From a candidate division WOR-3 bacterium (lineage in GTDB: Bacteria > Hydrothermota > Tepidihabitantia > Tepidihabitantales > DTDR01): 19,743 nucleotides of DNA. This document shows positions 15,683 to 19,743 of this stretch, one piece after another. The stretch covers positions 1 to 19,743 of the forward strand of contig JBDRVN010000035.1 of the NCBI GenBank assembly GCA_039801885.1, in the 5' to 3' direction. Position 1 is the first letter of the stretch. Every line of letters starts with the position of its first letter. The position numbers were made by a program, and so were the translations under genes. The notes under the pieces are model-generated. The model ran no database searches. It saw only the letters and a list, made by a program, of their open reading frames with translations, and was not told the origin of the DNA.

Positions 15683-16763
15683 TTTAGAAAGAATTCAACC
15701 TTATCGCCCCGGCAAACCGATTGAAGAGGTTTGTCGGGAATTGGGATTAAAGAAGGTAATTAAATTAGCATCTAATGAAAATCCTTTAGGGACTTCACCA
15801 AAAGCAATAAAAGCAATGAGGCAGGCAATCAAAGAAGGATTCCTTTATCCTGATGATACCGTGTATTATTTGAGAAAAAAATTGAGTGAGAAATTTCAGA
15901 TTGACGAAAATTGTATTATTTTTGGTAATGGCTCCGTAGAACTTATCTATCTAGCCTGCCTTGCCTATCTCACACCACCCAATGATGAACTTTTAGTTTC
16001 TAAGGGAAGCTTTGTCTTGGCAAAGATTGGCTCGCAGGTAGCCGGTGCAAAATGTATCGAAATACCTTTAAAAGATTATCGCCACGATTTAGAAAGGATT
16101 TCCGCATCAATAACTTCTAATACCAAAATTATTTATCTGGATAACCCAATAAATCCCTTAGGAACAATTGTCTACAAAAAAGAATTTGACGAATTTATAG
16201 AAAAAATTCCGGATAATGTCTTAGTCATTATTGACGAAGCCTATTATGAATATATTCTTGAAAAGAAATATCCCGATTCTTTTCGTTATTTAAGAAAAGG
16301 GAAGAATGTTTTAATATTAAGAACCTTCTCCAAAATTTATGGACTTGCTGGTTTAAGGGTTGGTTACGGCTTTTCTAAACCGGAAATAATTCAGGCATTA
16401 CACAAAGTTCGTTATCCTTTTCATGTGAACCGCATTGCCCAAATTGCTGCTATTGCTGCTTTGGATGACCAAACTTTTGTAAAGAAAAGTATCAGAAATA
16501 ATGAAATGGGTAAAAAATATCTTTATAAAGAATTACAAAAAATAAAAAAAGTCTTTTTCTTAGAGACCTATGCCAATTTTATCTTCCTTAACTTTTCCAT
16601 TGATTCCAAAATTATTTTTGAAAAACTATTAAAATTAGGAGTAATAACGAGAACCTTAAAAGAATATGATTTTCCTAATGCCTTAAGGGTTACTATTGGC
16701 ACACCAAAAGAGAATGAGTATTTTATTAAATGTCTTAATAAAGTTTTGGAAGAAATTAGTTAG
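15663..16763 (+). CDS. hisC: Histidinol-phosphate aminotransferase family protein
   Basis: PYRPGKP, IKLASNENPLG, GNGS, IDEAYYEY, PLP lysine in LRTFSKIYGLAGLRVGY, NFI and LRVTIGT; SD GGGAGG. Confidence 0.85.
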   Translation: MIQPRVDLERIQPYRPGKPIEEVCRELGLKKVIKLASNENPLGTSPKAIKAMRQAIKEGFLYPDDTVYYLRKKLSEKFQIDENCIIFGNGSVELIYLACLAYLTPPNDELLVSKGSFVLAKIGSQVAGAKCIEIPLKDYRHDLERISASITSNTKIIYLDNPINPLGTIVYKKEFDEFIEKIPDNVLVIIDEAYYEYILEKKYPDSFRYLRKGKNVLILRTFSKIYGLAGLRVGYGFSKPEIIQALHKVRYPFHVNRIAQIAAIAALDDQTFVKKSIRNNEMGKKYLYKELQKIKKVFFLETYANFIFLNFSIDSKIIFEKLLKLGVITRTLKEYDFPNALRVTIGTPKENEYFIKCLNKVLEEIS

Positions 16764-16771
16764 AAATATCT

Positions 16772-19249
16772 TTAATAAATAAGAATTAACTTTCTTGAAA
16801 TTCTATTTTCTCCTACATAAAGAACTAAAAAATAAACTCCTTTCTTAAATAGAAAATTTTGGACAAACTTATAATTACCTGCTGGTAGAGAGTTTTTCCA
16901 TAGTTTACTTACAATTTGACCATTAAGATTATAAATATTAAGATTCACATCGCTTTTAATTGGAAGGTTAAAAGAGATTATAATTTTTTTATTAACCAAA
17001 TTAACTTGGGTATCAAATTTAATTAGATTTCCTTTTTCTCTCTCCTTTTCTTTAATCTTCGCTATCTCTGGCAAAAGGCAAACAAATACACCGTTGCCGG
17101 AGGTACCCAAATAAATAATTCGGGGGTTATGTAAATCAAAAGTTAAATAAAAGGTCCGTAAGATACCCAAACCTTCATTTATATCTTGCCAAGTTTCTCC
17201 ACAATCGGTAGAAATATAAACTCCCAAACCTGTGCTGGAATCATGAGTTGCCCAAGATAAAGTGCCTAAGACTACCAAATTAACATCAAAGGGGCTTAAA
17301 CCAACTGTCCGGATACAAGGGTCGTAACCATCTATCCGAAAAATTGGTAAGGAATCCCAAGAGAGCCCTCCATTAAAGGAACGGTAAAGACCGCCATATA
17401 TACTAGCCCTTGTCCAAAGAAAGACTGCACTATTAATCGGCGAAACTGCTACTCCCCAAGTTTCCAAATTGCTTCGGGGTAAAGGAAGTTCAAACCAGGT
17501 ATCACCACCATTAATTGTTTTATAAAGCTTTCTTCTTTTGGGCAAACATAAATAAAGTATCTCCGGATTATTAATATCCATCGCCATCATTTGTGGATGA
17601 CTATGGGTAAAGGAATCACTTGCCAAGGGAATATTTAAACCATTATTTTTTCTTTCCCAGCTTTCGCCCCCATCGGTTGATTTATAGACACCGTATCTAC
17701 TCACCCAAACATAAAGAACCGTTGAATCTTCTCTACTATTTGGATGAATAAGTATTGGACTTTTGTAAGCAGTATCCGGTAATCCATAAAGAAGATGCCA
17801 AGTTTCGCCCCCATCAGTTGAATGCCAAAGTTTACCATAAATTCTATGCCAAGGGCCTGTTCCGGCATATAAAATATTATGATTATTAGGATGAATAGCA
17901 AGATAATAAGTAGTGTTTCCTGAATCCCGCATCGGTCCGTGGATATAGCGAAAGGAATAACCCCGGTCAGTGGTTTTCCAAAGTCCGACATCAGAAAGAG
18001 CAACATAAACAATGTTGGAATCAATTGGGTCGGAAACAACTTGCCGAACACAAGTTACTTCTAATCCTGTTCCCCGCCAGTTATCATTCGGTCCTACTGA
18101 TTCGGTATAGCAAGGAAACCAACTATTGCCGAAATTAGTGGTTTTTATTACTGCGTGAGAATTGGTGTAAAAAATCATTGTGGTATCTCGATTATCAAGA
18201 GCAAGTCCATCAGGTGAAATTTCCCAAAAACGAATCCAGCCCCTATGGACATTTTGTTCTGTTGTTATTCTTGTCCAACTATTTCCACGGTCAGTACTTT
18301 TATAAACTCCCGCCTGAACACCATAAAGAGCACCAGCATAAAGTACCCAAGGATTTTTCGGATTAACAATTATCCGACGAAAATTATTTCTACTTATACC
18401 GGTTGTGCAGGGATACCAATTTTCGCCACTATTAGTTGAAAACCAAATTCCGCTACAAATAGAATTTCGCATTTGGTCTAAATCCGGTCCCACTGCTACA
18501 TAGATTCGGGCAGTGTCATTTGGGTCAATAGTAATACTCCTCACAACTACACTTTCGGGAATTGGCGGAAGACCATTATTTTTTAACCGCCAAGAATCTC
18601 CACCATTAGTGCTTTTATAAACTCCTAAATGAGTAGCAGCATATAACACATTGGGATTTTTAGGATTAATTATCAAATCATAAAAAAGGGCATTGGTATC
18701 TATCCCAGTATTTCTTATTGGTCGCCAGGTTTCACCACCATCGGTGGTTTTATAAATTGTGCCTTTAACTTGAATTAACCACCAACGAGTACTATCTTTA
18801 TAACCAAGCCTAGGCATTCCAATTCCCGCATAAACTATCCTTGAATCATCAGGATGGATTGCTAAAGCTCCAATAGGAGCGGTATATTGATTTCTATTAG
18901 GTAGAGGAAAACCATTTCTTTTTGGTTGCCAAGTTTCACCACCATCCGTTGATTTATGAATACCTCCCCAAGTGCCGAGATAAATTACTCCCGGATTTCG
19001 TGGATCCGGTAAAATCTTTTCCACATAATAATCAATTAAACCATTATTACAAACCCGCCAGGAAGCACCGTAATTGGTTGATTTGTAAAAACCACCAACA
19101 TCTGAGCCCACATAAACTGTCCCAGGAATTAAAGTATCAATAGCAACAGCGGTAAACCAACCACCACCACCCATACCAACTAATCGCCATTCAACATTTA
19201 TCCGACCAAAAAGGGAAGTGATAAAAACCAAAATAAAATAATGCTTCAT
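16772..19249 (-). CDS. Secreted Asp-box (BNR) double beta-propeller, GH74/VPS10-like, with T9SS type-A-like C-terminal domain
   Basis: Likely start ATG 19249 (MKHYFILVFITSLFG signal peptide). 13 Asp-box repeats of the S/T-x-D/N-x-G-x-S/T-W type. C-terminus LNIYNLNGQIV...KGVYFLVL...RKLILIY. Confidence 0.82.
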   Translation of the reverse strand: MKHYFILVFITSLFGRINVEWRLVGMGGGGWFTAVAIDTLIPGTVYVGSDVGGFYKSTNYGASWRVCNNGLIDYYVEKILPDPRNPGVIYLGTWGGIHKSTDGGETWQPKRNGFPLPNRNQYTAPIGALAIHPDDSRIVYAGIGMPRLGYKDSTRWWLIQVKGTIYKTTDGGETWRPIRNTGIDTNALFYDLIINPKNPNVLYAATHLGVYKSTNGGDSWRLKNNGLPPIPESVVVRSITIDPNDTARIYVAVGPDLDQMRNSICSGIWFSTNSGENWYPCTTGISRNNFRRIIVNPKNPWVLYAGALYGVQAGVYKSTDRGNSWTRITTEQNVHRGWIRFWEISPDGLALDNRDTTMIFYTNSHAVIKTTNFGNSWFPCYTESVGPNDNWRGTGLEVTCVRQVVSDPIDSNIVYVALSDVGLWKTTDRGYSFRYIHGPMRDSGNTTYYLAIHPNNHNILYAGTGPWHRIYGKLWHSTDGGETWHLLYGLPDTAYKSPILIHPNSREDSTVLYVWVSRYGVYKSTDGGESWERKNNGLNIPLASDSFTHSHPQMMAMDINNPEILYLCLPKRRKLYKTINGGDTWFELPLPRSNLETWGVAVSPINSAVFLWTRASIYGGLYRSFNGGLSWDSLPIFRIDGYDPCIRTVGLSPFDVNLVVLGTLSWATHDSSTGLGVYISTDCGETWQDINEGLGILRTFYLTFDLHNPRIIYLGTSGNGVFVCLLPEIAKIKEKEREKGNLIKFDTQVNLVNKKIIISFNLPIKSDVNLNIYNLNGQIVSKLWKNSLPAGNYKFVQNFLFKKGVYFLVLYVGENRISRKLILIY

Positions 19250-19255
19250 AAACAA

Positions 19256-19283
19256 ATTATAATCCCTAAAATTCCAATGTCAA
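19256..19283 (-). promoter_or_regulatory. Consensus sigma70-type promoter, leaderless arrangement
   Basis: TTGACA-16 nt-TATAAT-6 nt-ATG (19249). Confidence 0.75.
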
Positions 19284-19304
19284 AAAAATTGATAATCAAA
19301 TAAT

Positions 19305-19332
19305 TTGCTTTTTAAAATTAAAGAATTAAAAT
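19305..19332 (+). promoter_or_regulatory. Putative promoter of the DUF3795 gene, leaderless arrangement
   Basis: TTGCTT-16 nt-TAAAAT-7 nt-ATG (19340). Confidence 0.55.
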
Positions 19333-19339
19333 ATTAAAG

Positions 19340-19743
19340 ATGAATTATCAAAAAGAAAAGGCGATAAGTTATTGTGGAATATATTGCCTTAAATGTGATT
19401 ATCATTCCGGAAAGATTAAAAAATCAGCGGAAGAACTTCTTAACATTCTAAAAGAACACTGGGAAATTGAATTAGGGTTTAGGAATAAAAAAGGCTATGA
19501 TTTTAATAATTTTCTAAAAATTCTTGAATATCTATCTAAAAATTGTTTCTGTATGTTTACTTGTAAACAAGGTTCTGGCTGGCAGAATTGTCCGGTTAGA
19601 AAATGTTGTGAGAAGAAAGAATTAGAATTCTGTTATGAATGTCAAGAATTTCCTTGCCAATATTATAAAAAAGAACCTTTTAAAAATAAAGTAAAAGTTT
19701 TAAAAGAGATTAAAAAAATGGGAATAGAAAAATGGGTAAGAAA
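19340..19743 (+). CDS. DUF3795-family Cys-rich protein, 3' end outside the window
   Basis: Not in the ORF track. Hand translation gives MNYQKEKAISYCGIYCLKC...CPVRKCCEKKELEFCYECQEFPC...LKEIKKMGIEKW, open to the window edge. Confidence 0.8.
   Translation, partial: MNYQKEKAISYCGIYCLKCDYHSGKIKKSAEELLNILKEHWEIELGFRNKKGYDFNNFLKILEYLSKNCFCMFTCKQGSGWQNCPVRKCCEKKELEFCYECQEFPCQYYKKEPFKNKVKVLKEIKKMGIEKWVR

Noticed and set aside
3394-19143. Short ORF-track entries overlapping long genes (3394-3609, 4977-5231, 8121-8333, 10047-10247, 10248-10478, 11125-11388, 12924-13130, 15457-15675, 17701-18051, 18178-18366, 18245-18439, 18922-19143)
   Set aside because: They are antisense or alternate-frame shadows of well-supported genes and show no recognisable motifs.

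Overview
AT-rich bacterial chromosomal window. The gene content suggests a peptide-fermenting FCB-related lineage such as candidate phylum WOR-3; this is inference only. Left to right: the 5' part of a secreted C25 (gingipain-like) cysteine peptidase; a GC-rich long hairpin with its own promoter (candidate ncRNA or leader); a minus-strand operon of a PTS EIIA-fused ArsB/NhaD-type permease, a USP-like protein and ornithine aminotransferase rocD; a divergent ArsR-led metalloid/thiol-redox cassette (ArsP-type permease, two near-identical small thioredoxins, DUF169, a SurA-like/thioredoxin fusion, CcdA); a small membrane protein and P5C dehydrogenase rocA; a 2.3-kb islet with two secreted-protein genes; a GT2/flippase-like/hisC operon; a GH74-like Asp-box propeller; and a partial DUF3795 gene. 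Three signals stand out. (1) The islet is bounded by degenerate 45-bp direct repeats that overlap the rocA stop codon and carries five TAAGT-N15-ACTTA-like palindromes, but has no integrase. (2) The candidate ~110-nt RNA has an internal loop complementary to the Shine-Dalgarno of the downstream peptidase. (3) Sigma70-type promoters with 16-bp spacers recur, often directly upstream of SD-less start codons. No tRNA, rRNA, CRISPR array, transposase or integrase was seen.
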